Assembly: GCA_902464115.1 (NCBI GenBank) | Contig: CABQIF010000001.1 | Coordinates: 1 to 51,335 of the forward strand | Source: an uncultured Ruminococcus sp. | GTDB lineage: Bacteria > Bacillota > Clostridia > Oscillospirales > Ruminococcaceae | DNA: 51,335 nt | Direction: 5' to 3' | Part shown: in pieces, positions 18,641 to 26,846 of the stretch | Layout: each line of letters opens with the position of its first letter | How positions within the stretch are numbered: position 1 is the first letter of the stretch | Made by a program: the position numbers and the translations under genes | The notes under the pieces: generated by a model | Databases searched by the model: none | What the model was told of the DNA's origin: nothing | What the model saw: only the letters and a program-made list of their open reading frames with translations

Positions 18641-21193
18641 ATGCGACTATTAGCAATTGACGGAAACAGTATTATGAACCGTGCCTTTTATGGCATTCGC
18701 CTGCTTTCCAATCACAAGGGAATTTATACGAATGCGATTTTTGGCTTTATGAATATTTATTTAAAGCACGTCACCGCATTACAGCCGGATGCCATCGCTG
18801 TTGCATTTGATGTTCACACGCCAACCTTCCGCCATCAGAAAGTATCATCCTACAAAGCAAACCGGAAAGGCATGCCGGAAGAACTTTCCATGCAGATGCC
18901 GTATCTGAAAAAACTGCTGACCCTGCTGGGGGTTCAGATTGTCGAATGTTCCGGCTATGAAGCAGACGACGTTCTCGGCACACTCGCTCAGGCAATGGAA
19001 GAACAGGGAAACGACTGCACCATTCTCAGCGGTGACCGGGATACCTTACAGCTTATCACCGACCATGTGACCGTTCGACTGGTTACCAATCGAGAAGATA
19101 TTGATTACACCGTACAGCGATTTCGGGAGGAATACGGCTTTTATCCCATCTCTATGATCGATTTAAAGGCACTCATGGGCGATGCCTCCGATAATATCTC
19201 TGGTGTTTCTGGAATTGGCCCGAAAACTGCCTCTACGCTGATTCGCAGCTGGAGCACTGTGGAAAACGTCTATGACCACATTCATCAACTGAACGTCAGC
19301 AAAATGGCAGTTCAAAAACTGATTGCCGGACAGGAATCTGCAAGGGAAAGCAAATGGCTCGCAACGATTGTGAAAGATGCCCCCGTTCCGACGGAATTGC
19401 AGCACTATCTGCCAAAGCCGATTCATGCCAGAGAAGTGCGGGATTTGCTGATGGAACTGGAAATGGTAAAGCTATTGGATAAATTACATCTGGAAGCTGC
19501 TGCTGACCAGCTGGAAGAAGAACCGCTCTCTTGTGCCATAACGCCATCCATTGCCATTCAACAGCAGCCACTGACCGATGACCTGTTTCAACAGTGGAAA
19601 ACCGACCTGCCAACACTCTGCTATGACCTGAACCTTCCAGAACATCGCCTGCAAGTACTACAGGAGCAGACCATCTATGAAACCACAGATGAAGCCCTGA
19701 TTGCTGCATTTTTGGGCAGTGCCATTCCAAAGCGAACCTTTGGTGCAAAGCCGCATTATCGCTACATGATGCAACAGGGAACAGCCCTGAACAATCTCGT
19801 TGCAGATGGTGAAATTGCTGCCTATCTGCTGAATCCGGCTTCTTCTGAATATACAGTTGCCCGTCTGAGCGTCACCTACCACGTTCTCTATGATACGGCT
19901 CTGGAAGATTTGGCGGCATTGGTTGCCCTGCCAGCACTCTGTGATGCGATGGAACAGGAAATTCAGGAACAAAACATGACCGACTTGTATCAAATGGAAC
20001 TGGAATTGACCCGTGTTCTGGCAGAAATGGAACAGGCTGGCGTTTTGGTTGATGTAGACGGGCTGGAAACATTCGGCAAATACCTCAGCGAACAGATGGA
20101 AGAATTACAGCAAATGGTCTATGATGAAGCTGGACATTCTTTCAAAATCGGCTCTCCGAAACAACTCGGAGATGTGCTTTTCGGCGAACAAAAATTGCCG
20201 CATGGCAAAAAGACCAAGACGGGTTACTCCACCAATGCAGAAATTTTGGAATCCCTGCGAGAGGAATACCCGATTGTTGACCACGTTTTGAAGTGGCGGC
20301 AGGTTTCCAAGCTGAAATCCACATACATTGACGGCTTGAAGAAAACAATTGCCGCAGATGGCAGAATCCACACTTGTTTCAAGCAGACAGAAACCCGAAC
20401 GGGTAGAATCTCCTCCATTGAACCGAATATGCAAAACATTCCGGTTCGGACAGAACTCGGCAGCAACATGCGGAAATTCTTCGTTGCCGGTGCTGGCAAT
20501 GTCCTGTTGGATGCTGATTACAGCCAGATCGAATTGCGAATTTTGGCGAATCTCTGCGGTGACACTGCCATGCAGGAGGCATTCTTACACGGTGCAGATA
20601 TTCACACTGCAACCGCTGCACAAGTCTTTGATTTGCCGCCGGAAATGGTCACAGATTCCATGCGGAGTGCTGCAAAAGCAGTAAACTTCGGTATTATTTA
20701 TGGTATTGGTGCATTCTCGCTTTCCAAGGATATTCACGTTTCTGTCGCACAGGCAGACCAGTATATCAAAAACTATCTTGCTCGTTACCCTCGTGTTGCA
20801 ACATTCATGGAAGAAACGGTGGAACATGCCAAGGAACTGGGCTATGTCAGCACCTATTTCAAGCGGAGAAGACCTGTTCCGGAACTGCGGCAGTCCAACA
20901 AGATGATTCAGGCATCTGGAAAACGGATTGCTATGAATACTCCAATTCAGGGAACGGCTGCCGACATCATTAAAATTGCTATGATTCACGTTTCCAACCG
21001 GTTACAGGAAGAATGCCCAGCAGCAAAGCTGATTTTACAGGTACACGATGAACTGATTGTGGAAGTTCCGGAACAGCAGGCAGACCTTGCTGCACAGATC
21101 CTGAAAGAAGAAATGGAACATGTCGTGCAGTTTGCCGTTCCGCTGACGGTAGACGTGAAGAAGGGAAAAAGCTGGTATGATGCAAAAGGTTAA
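18641..21193 (+). CDS. polA: DNA polymerase I
   Basis: IDGNS..RAFY, EADDVLGT, GDxSDNI, TGRISS.EPNMQNIP, DYSQIELR, KAVNFGIIYG and QVHDEL motifs; GGAGG SD before ATG 18641. Confidence 0.98.
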   Translation: MRLLAIDGNSIMNRAFYGIRLLSNHKGIYTNAIFGFMNIYLKHVTALQPDAIAVAFDVHTPTFRHQKVSSYKANRKGMPEELSMQMPYLKKLLTLLGVQIVECSGYEADDVLGTLAQAMEEQGNDCTILSGDRDTLQLITDHVTVRLVTNREDIDYTVQRFREEYGFYPISMIDLKALMGDASDNISGVSGIGPKTASTLIRSWSTVENVYDHIHQLNVSKMAVQKLIAGQESARESKWLATIVKDAPVPTELQHYLPKPIHAREVRDLLMELEMVKLLDKLHLEAAADQLEEEPLSCAITPSIAIQQQPLTDDLFQQWKTDLPTLCYDLNLPEHRLQVLQEQTIYETTDEALIAAFLGSAIPKRTFGAKPHYRYMMQQGTALNNLVADGEIAAYLLNPASSEYTVARLSVTYHVLYDTALEDLAALVALPALCDAMEQEIQEQNMTDLYQMELELTRVLAEMEQAGVLVDVDGLETFGKYLSEQMEELQQMVYDEAGHSFKIGSPKQLGDVLFGEQKLPHGKKTKTGYSTNAEILESLREEYPIVDHVLKWRQVSKLKSTYIDGLKKTIAADGRIHTCFKQTETRTGRISSIEPNMQNIPVRTELGSNMRKFFVAGAGNVLLDADYSQIELRILANLCGDTAMQEAFLHGADIHTATAAQVFDLPPEMVTDSMRSAAKAVNFGIIYGIGAFSLSKDIHVSVAQADQYIKNYLARYPRVATFMEETVEHAKELGYVSTYFKRRRPVPELRQSNKMIQASGKRIAMNTPIQGTAADIIKIAMIHVSNRLQEECPAAKLILQVHDELIVEVPEQQADLAAQILKEEMEHVVQFAVPLTVDVKKGKSWYDAKG

Positions 21194-21617
21194 GATTCTC
21201 CCGTTATCACAGGAGCAGCTGCCCGCAGCGGCTGCTCTTGCACAGCGTTGTTTCCCTGACCCATGGTCACTTGCCCTGTTTGAGGCTGCCTTTTCACAAC
21301 CAGATACCACCCTCTTTGCTGCAATGGCAGGCGATACATTAGCAGGCTACTTGATTTTACAGCGGCTCGGCGATGAAGAAAGCGTGGATGATATTGCGGT
21401 TGCTCCGGAATTTCGGCGACAGGGAATCGCTCAACAGCTGTTGGAAACAGCACACGCTCAATTTCCATCCTGTCCGTTTCTGCTGGAGGTACGGGAACAC
21501 AACACCGCTGCTCTCGCCCTCTATCAAAAATTAGGCTATCAGCAGGTTGGTTTTCGGAAACGCTATTATACCAATCCGAACGAAGGTGCGGTACTGATGA
21601 CCCGACCCCCACAATAA
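21177..21617 (+). CDS. rimI: ribosomal-protein-alanine N-acetyltransferase
   Basis: DPWS, IAVAPEFRRQGIA, LEVRxxN..A..LY..GY..RKRYY motifs. Confidence 0.88.
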   Translation: MMQKVKILPLSQEQLPAAAALAQRCFPDPWSLALFEAAFSQPDTTLFAAMAGDTLAGYLILQRLGDEESVDDIAVAPEFRRQGIAQQLLETAHAQFPSCPFLLEVREHNTAALALYQKLGYQQVGFRKRYYTNPNEGAVLMTRPPQ

Positions 21618-21630
21618 AAGGAGGAACTCC

Positions 21631-22617
21631 ATGCAACAAATCATCAAACTGGGAAATTTGACGCTGCCCCGTACCGCTGGACTTGCCCCTATGGCTGGCG
21701 TTGCCGACCGGGCTTACCGGATTCTCTGCAAGGAACATCAAGCTGCCCTGCTGGTCAGCGAAATGATTTCTGCAAAAGGGCTTTGCTACGGCGACCCGAA
21801 AACTGCTCAGTTCTGCACGATTACAGATGCAGAACGCCCGATGGGCTTGCAGCTGTTCGGCAGCGAACCGGATTTCATGGCAAAAGCAGTTCAAATCGTC
21901 CTGTCCTATCAGCCGGACTGGATTGATATTAACATGGGCTGTCCGGTGCATAAAGTCATTACAACTGGTTCTGGTTCAGCACTGATGCAGAAACCAGACC
22001 TCGCAGCGGATTTGGTACGGGCAGCGGTTTCGGTTTCACCCGTTCCCATTACCGTCAAGTTCCGTGCTGGCTGGGATGACAACGACCGCAATGCGGTTTC
22101 CTTCGCCAAAAAAATGGAACAAGCTGGAGCGGCAGCAGTTGCCGTTCATGGCAGAACCAAAGCACAGCTTTACTCCGGAAAAGCTGACTGGGAAATCATC
22201 CGGCAGGTGAAAGAATCCGTTTCGATTCCGGTTTTCGGAAACGGAGATGTAACCGATGCGGAAAGCTGCTTGAAGATGTATGAACAGACGAACTGTGATT
22301 TGGTGCTAGTCGGCAGGGGCAGCTATGGAAACCCATTTATTTTTTCCGAAATTGCAGCGGCAATGGCTGGAACACCTTACCAAAAGCCGACCCTCTCCGA
22401 AAAAATGGACACCATGCTCTATCATATCCGCCTGATTTTGCAGCTTGCCGATGGAAAGCCACCGGAACTTGCCATTCGAGAGGCTCGCAAACACGCTGCT
22501 TGGTATATCAGCGGTTTACATGGAGCAGCTGCTTTTCGGGCAAGATGTTATCAGCTGCAATCCTATGCAGAGGCAGAACAGCTGGCGGCAGATGTCAAGG
22601 AGGCGAATCCAGCGTGA
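21631..22617 (+). CDS. dusB: tRNA dihydrouridine synthase
   Basis: LAPMAGV, QLFGSEP, IDINMGCPV, VHGRT and GNGDV motifs. Confidence 0.95.
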   Translation: MQQIIKLGNLTLPRTAGLAPMAGVADRAYRILCKEHQAALLVSEMISAKGLCYGDPKTAQFCTITDAERPMGLQLFGSEPDFMAKAVQIVLSYQPDWIDINMGCPVHKVITTGSGSALMQKPDLAADLVRAAVSVSPVPITVKFRAGWDDNDRNAVSFAKKMEQAGAAAVAVHGRTKAQLYSGKADWEIIRQVKESVSIPVFGNGDVTDAESCLKMYEQTNCDLVLVGRGSYGNPFIFSEIAAAMAGTPYQKPTLSEKMDTMLYHIRLILQLADGKPPELAIREARKHAAWYISGLHGAAAFRARCYQLQSYAEAEQLAADVKEANPA

Positions 22618-22907
22618 AACGCTATCCATCCAAACCAAAACCTACGCCAACATCTACTTCTTTTGATATTCGCCCCCGTCATGTTATCACCGTTGACCTG
22701 CACGGACTTTCTGTTGCAGAGGCACGGGCAAAGCTGAAACAGGTCTTGGAACACTGCCCGAAAACCGTCACAGAAGTGGAAGTGATTCATGGCTATCACA
22801 GTGGGCAAGCCCTGCAAAAACTGGTGCGAAAAGATTTCAAACACGCTCGGATTGCCTCCCGTAGTTTCGGGCTGCAAAACGGCATTACCAACTACATTTT
22901 AAAGTGA
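22614..22907 (+). CDS. stand-alone Smr domain protein
   Basis: VDLHGL and VIHG motifs, terminal NG.T; GTG 22614 overlaps the dusB stop, with AAGGAGG upstream. Confidence 0.85.
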   Translation: MKRYPSKPKPTPTSTSFDIRPRHVITVDLHGLSVAEARAKLKQVLEHCPKTVTEVEVIHGYHSGQALQKLVRKDFKHARIASRSFGLQNGITNYILK

Positions 22908-22917
22908 GGGATTGATG

Positions 22918-23697
22918 ATGACCCTATCCATTCGGACGCTGCTCTATGATGCTCTACTGCTGTTGGAACTTGGCTTGTTCTTCCTATTTTTTGCACCGCT
23001 ATTTCTACGGATCTTCAATGCTGGAAATCTGTTCGGCATGGCGGTTTCAGCAATTTGTTTTCTACTGACGCTCTTTCACCGCCCTTGCGGACAGCTGCTT
23101 TCCCGTATCTGGGGCAATCTCTGCGGAAAGTGCGTGTTGAGCATCCTTGCCCTGCTCCTGACCGCTGGCATTGCATTTGCCGGATTCTGTTCCGTCAAGA
23201 TGGTGCAATATTATCAGAATCCCCCACAAACGCCTTGCACCGTGGTTGTTTTAGGCTGTAAAGTCAAGGGCACTGTCCCCAGTCTGATGCTACAACGGCG
23301 ACTAGAAGCAGCAAAGGACTACTTACAGCAACACCCGGAAGTTTCCTGTATTGTTTCCGGCGGAAAGGGAACGGGCGAGGACATCTCCGAAGCACAGGCG
23401 ATGAAAACCTACCTGACCGCTGCCGGCATTGCAGCAGACCGAATTCTCATGGAAGACCGTTCCACCGATACCCACGAAAACTTGTTGTTCAGCAAGCAAA
23501 TTCTGGAGCAACAGGGGCTGCCCAACCGAATCACCATTCTCACAGATGGCTTTCACCAATACCGTGCCCACCGCATGGCGACAGAACTGGGACTGGAAAG
23601 CTGGTCCGTCAGCGGTAAAACCAGACGCATTCTCATCCCGACTTACTGGGTGCGGGAATGGATGGCATTATTCGAGCAATTTCTCGGCATGGCGTAA
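22918..23697 (+). CDS. YdcF/DUF218 family membrane protein
   Basis: VVLG, RLEAA, VSGGKG..EAQAM, EDRSTDTHEN, TDGFHQYRA and terminal RE motifs; three N-terminal TM helices. Confidence 0.9.
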   Translation: MTLSIRTLLYDALLLLELGLFFLFFAPLFLRIFNAGNLFGMAVSAICFLLTLFHRPCGQLLSRIWGNLCGKCVLSILALLLTAGIAFAGFCSVKMVQYYQNPPQTPCTVVVLGCKVKGTVPSLMLQRRLEAAKDYLQQHPEVSCIVSGGKGTGEDISEAQAMKTYLTAAGIAADRILMEDRSTDTHENLLFSKQILEQQGLPNRITILTDGFHQYRAHRMATELGLESWSVSGKTRRILIPTYWVREWMALFEQFLGMA

Positions 23698-23768
23698 AAA
23701 TTCCTATATTTTTATGTGTTTCATTCTGGGCATTTGGTAAAAATCAAGTAAAAAGTAACATTCCACCC

Positions 23769-23797
23769 TTGCTATTCGAGCAAAACTTTGCTATAAT
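23769..23797 (+). promoter_or_regulatory. sigma-A promoter for the corA leader
   Basis: TTGCTA-17 nt-TATAAT with extended TG. Confidence 0.8.
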
Positions 23798-23846
23798 AGA
23801 AAGGGTGTTGTCAACACCAATCAAAAATAGTTTGGAGGAATCAGTA

Positions 23847-23894
23847 ATGCGAGCGGATCCTTATCCCCGACGATGGATGCAAGATAAAAAATAA
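23847..23894 (+). CDS. putative leader peptide MRADPYPRRWMQDKK (MgtL-like)
   Basis: GGAGG at 23834-23838, ATG 8 nt later, 15 codons, in the 5' UTR of corA. Confidence 0.65.
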   Translation: MRADPYPRRWMQDKK

Positions 23895-23898
23895 GATT

Positions 23899-23956
23899 GC
23901 AAAGGAGAAACCGCATCTTTTCAACGGTTCTGCCTTTGCGGAAAGGCGGAACCGTT
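23899..23956 (+). promoter_or_regulatory. attenuator: SD-sequestering hairpin with an alternative pairing
   Basis: AACGGTTCTGCCTTT/AAAGGCGGAACCGTT 15-bp stem covers the corA SD; GCAAAGGAGAAACCG (23899-23913) can pair with the left arm instead. Confidence 0.7.
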
Positions 23957-24886
23957 TTGATTTCTTACTATAAAACCGTACAAAATCATCTGGTAGAATG
24001 CAGTACGCCAGAGCCTGGCAGCTGGGTTTCTGTCGTTGACCCAACAGCACAGGAACGGAAAATGCTGATTGAAGAATTTGGTCTGGATAGCGACTTCATC
24101 AAGTCTGCACTCGATGAAGAAGAATCCTCCCGTGTGGAACGAGAAGACACCCAGACCCTGATTATCATTGACACCGCTGTTTCAGAGATTGAAAAAAATG
24201 ATACGCTGGTGTTCTACACCATGCCAATGAGTATTATCATCAAAGACCAGTTGGTTTTTACGATCTCTCTGCGAAACAACAAGGTGATTGAAGACCTGAT
24301 TGACGGACGGCTTCGGAATATTCAGACCAGTTTCCGAACGCAATTCGTTTTGCGGCTGATCATGCAGCTGACTTCCACCTATCTGGTCTATCTGAAACAA
24401 ATCGACAAGGCTTCCAACACCTTGGAACGAGAACTGCGAAAGGCAGTCAAGAACAAACAGCTGCTGCAAATGATGGAGCTGGAAAAATCTCTGGTCTATT
24501 TTTCCACCTCTCTCAAAGCCAACGATGCGACCATGAATAAGATCCTGCGTGGCAAGCTAATGAAACTCTATGAGGACGACCAAGACCTATTGGAAGATGT
24601 TCTGATCGAGTTGAAACAGGCAGAAGAAATGGCGAGCATTTATTCCAGCATCCTTGCCAACATGGTGGATGCATGCAGTTCGGTCATCTCCAACAATGTC
24701 AACATTGTAATGTGGCAATTGACCATTGTCACCATCATTCTGGCAATTCCAACGATGGTATTTAGCTTTTATGGCATGAACACGCTGGACTTGCCCTTTG
24801 CGGAACATACGTGGTTTCCAACTGTTGTTTCAATTGTGGCGACCCTGCTCACAGCACTGATTTTGTTGAAGTACAAGAAAAAATAA
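23957..24886 (+). CDS. corA: CorA family magnesium transporter
   Basis: LDEEESSRVE, LEKSLVYF, YGMN signature and two C-terminal TM helices; likely TTG start at 23957 (MISYYKT). Confidence 0.93.
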   Translation: MISYYKTVQNHLVECSTPEPGSWVSVVDPTAQERKMLIEEFGLDSDFIKSALDEEESSRVEREDTQTLIIIDTAVSEIEKNDTLVFYTMPMSIIIKDQLVFTISLRNNKVIEDLIDGRLRNIQTSFRTQFVLRLIMQLTSTYLVYLKQIDKASNTLERELRKAVKNKQLLQMMELEKSLVYFSTSLKANDATMNKILRGKLMKLYEDDQDLLEDVLIELKQAEEMASIYSSILANMVDACSSVISNNVNIVMWQLTIVTIILAIPTMVFSFYGMNTLDLPFAEHTWFPTVVSIVATLLTALILLKYKKK

Positions 24887-24887
24887 T

Positions 24888-24928
24888 AAAAAAGCAGACC
24901 CTCGTCTTAATAGACGGTGGTCTGCTTT
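24888..24928. terminator. bidirectional terminator
   Basis: AAAGCAGACC...GGTCTGCTTT between convergent genes. Confidence 0.8.
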
Positions 24929-24949
24929 CCCCATACACAGAAGAGATGG

Positions 24950-26197
24950 TTATGCTTTCGGTTCTTCTTTTTGTTCCGGAGATACCTGCAAGGCGATTTT
25001 TGTAACAGATTGGTTGTCCGTTTCCAGAACCTGAAATTGAAACGTTCCAACTTGAACCGTTTCGCCCACTTCTGGAATATGCCCCAGCAATTCTGTGACC
25101 CATCCGCCAACGGAGGTCGATGCTGCTTCTGGCATTTGGGACGGAATATCTTCTTCATCCAGTGCATCCCGCATATCACTAATACTGAATGTTCCTACAA
25201 TCGTATAGCAATGCGGTGCGGTACGGACAAATTCATGAACGATTTCATCGCTTTCATCGTAGATGTCCCCAACCAGTTCTTCAATGATGTCCTCGAGGGT
25301 CACAATGCCCTTTGTTCCGCCGTATTGGTCAACAACTACTGCCATATGCGTCTTGGAACGCTGCATTTCTTTCAGGCTGTCACTGATGGCTTTTGTTGCC
25401 GGAATATAGATGACATCCTGCAAGATTTCAGAAACAGAATGGAACATGCCATGCTCCAACCGGAAAAAGTCCCGGCTGGTAATCATGCCAATGATGTTAT
25501 CCATGCTCTTTTCATAGACTGGGAATCGGGAAAAATGGCTGTGCAGGAACATTTCACAGATCTCATCGGTGGTTGCCTCGCTGGAAACGCCGACAATCTT
25601 CACTCTTGGAATCAAAATATCGTTGACGGTAGTTTCATCAAACTGCAATGCCGACAAGACCAAATCGCTCTCCTGCTCTTCCAGAACGCCTTCTTCTTCG
25701 ATTTCATCAATGATGTACTTCAATTCGTCCTCTGTCACACTGGGAGCTTCTGTTTTCGGCTTCAATGCCCGAGATAATACATCAAAAATCTTCACGAACG
25801 GGGTCATAACAATGGTAAATGCGGAAAGTGCAGATGCCACAGACAACGCCATTTTTTCTGCATGGGATTTTGCATAGGATTTTGGGAGCACTTCCCCGAA
25901 TATCAAAACCAGAATCGTCATTGCAACGGTGGAAACTGCCGGGCCAGCACTGCCGACCCACTGGGTAAAGACGACCGTTGCAAGAGAAGATGCCCCGATG
26001 TTGACAATGTTGTTGCCGACCAGAATTGCAGTCAGCGAATCTTCATAGTGTTCTGCAATATGCAGTGCTTTCGATGCTCGTTTATCCCCCTGATCTGCCA
26101 TAGATTTCAGGCGGATTTTGTTGACACTCGCAAACGCTGTTTCCGAACTGGAAAACAGTGCAGAAAGTACAATACAGATGATAATGATGGCAATCAT
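24950..26197 (-). CDS. CNNM (DUF21)-CBS-CorC 'hemolysin family' protein, probable Mg2+/Co2+ efflux
   Basis: FSSSETAF, ILVGNNIVN, IFGEVLPK, SRFPVY and VVDQYGGTKGIVTLEDIIEELVG motifs. Confidence 0.92.
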   Translation of the reverse strand: MIAIIIICIVLSALFSSSETAFASVNKIRLKSMADQGDKRASKALHIAEHYEDSLTAILVGNNIVNIGASSLATVVFTQWVGSAGPAVSTVAMTILVLIFGEVLPKSYAKSHAEKMALSVASALSAFTIVMTPFVKIFDVLSRALKPKTEAPSVTEDELKYIIDEIEEEGVLEEQESDLVLSALQFDETTVNDILIPRVKIVGVSSEATTDEICEMFLHSHFSRFPVYEKSMDNIIGMITSRDFFRLEHGMFHSVSEILQDVIYIPATKAISDSLKEMQRSKTHMAVVVDQYGGTKGIVTLEDIIEELVGDIYDESDEIVHEFVRTAPHCYTIVGTFSISDMRDALDEEDIPSQMPEAASTSVGGWVTELLGHIPEVGETVQVGTFQFQVLETDNQSVTKIALQVSPEQKEEPKA

Positions 26198-26313
26198 TCA
26201 AGTTCCTCCATGTTTTTGATAAAATGTATGACATTATCGTACCATATTTTTTGGAAATTGGCAAGTTAAATTCAAGAAAAATAAAAATTTTTTAGGAAGG
26301 TGTGCGTGATTTT

Positions 26314-26802
26314 ATGAATCAATTGATTTTATGGGTGGTCAAGCATCTGCCCAAACCCCTTCAAAACATCTATTTTAAATATGAGAAGGGCTTGCTATAC
26401 TGTTTTTATGGAGTTTTGACAACCTTAGTTTCCATGATCACCAAACTTGTCCCCATGTATTTTCTGGGCGAGGGCAAGCTTTCCGTTACGTTCTGCACGG
26501 TGTTCTCTTGGATCTGTGCAGTGACGTTTGCATTTTTCACCAACAAAAAATACGTGTTCCAGAGTGAAACCCACACCAAAAAAGCCTTCTGGACAGAATT
26601 CATTTCATTCTATTCTGCAAGAGGGGCTTCCCTTTTCTTGGACTGGGGGATTAGCGTGCTGGGCATCAGCATTCTGGGCTGGAATAAATATCTGGTTACC
26701 ATCGCCGCACAGGTGATTATTTTGGTGGTCAACTATGCCTTCAGCAAATTGTTCGTATTCAAAAATCGAGAAAATTCAACTGATGCGGCAGAATCCAAGT
26801 AA
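26314..26802 (+). CDS. GtrA family protein
   Basis: YCFYGVLTT, FAFFTNKKYVF and NY..SKLFVF motifs; four TM helices; start could be 26302. Confidence 0.88.
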   Translation: MNQLILWVVKHLPKPLQNIYFKYEKGLLYCFYGVLTTLVSMITKLVPMYFLGEGKLSVTFCTVFSWICAVTFAFFTNKKYVFQSETHTKKAFWTEFISFYSARGASLFLDWGISVLGISILGWNKYLVTIAAQVIILVVNYAFSKLFVFKNRENSTDAAESK

Positions 26803-26846
26803 CTGCCCATCACCGGAATTTCTCCAACAGGAAAGGATGTCAAATC

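Noticed and set aside
23800..23956. M-box (ykoK) riboswitch before corA
   Set aside because: I could not recognise its conserved elements; the uORF and alternative hairpins explain the leader better. A cmscan run would settle it.
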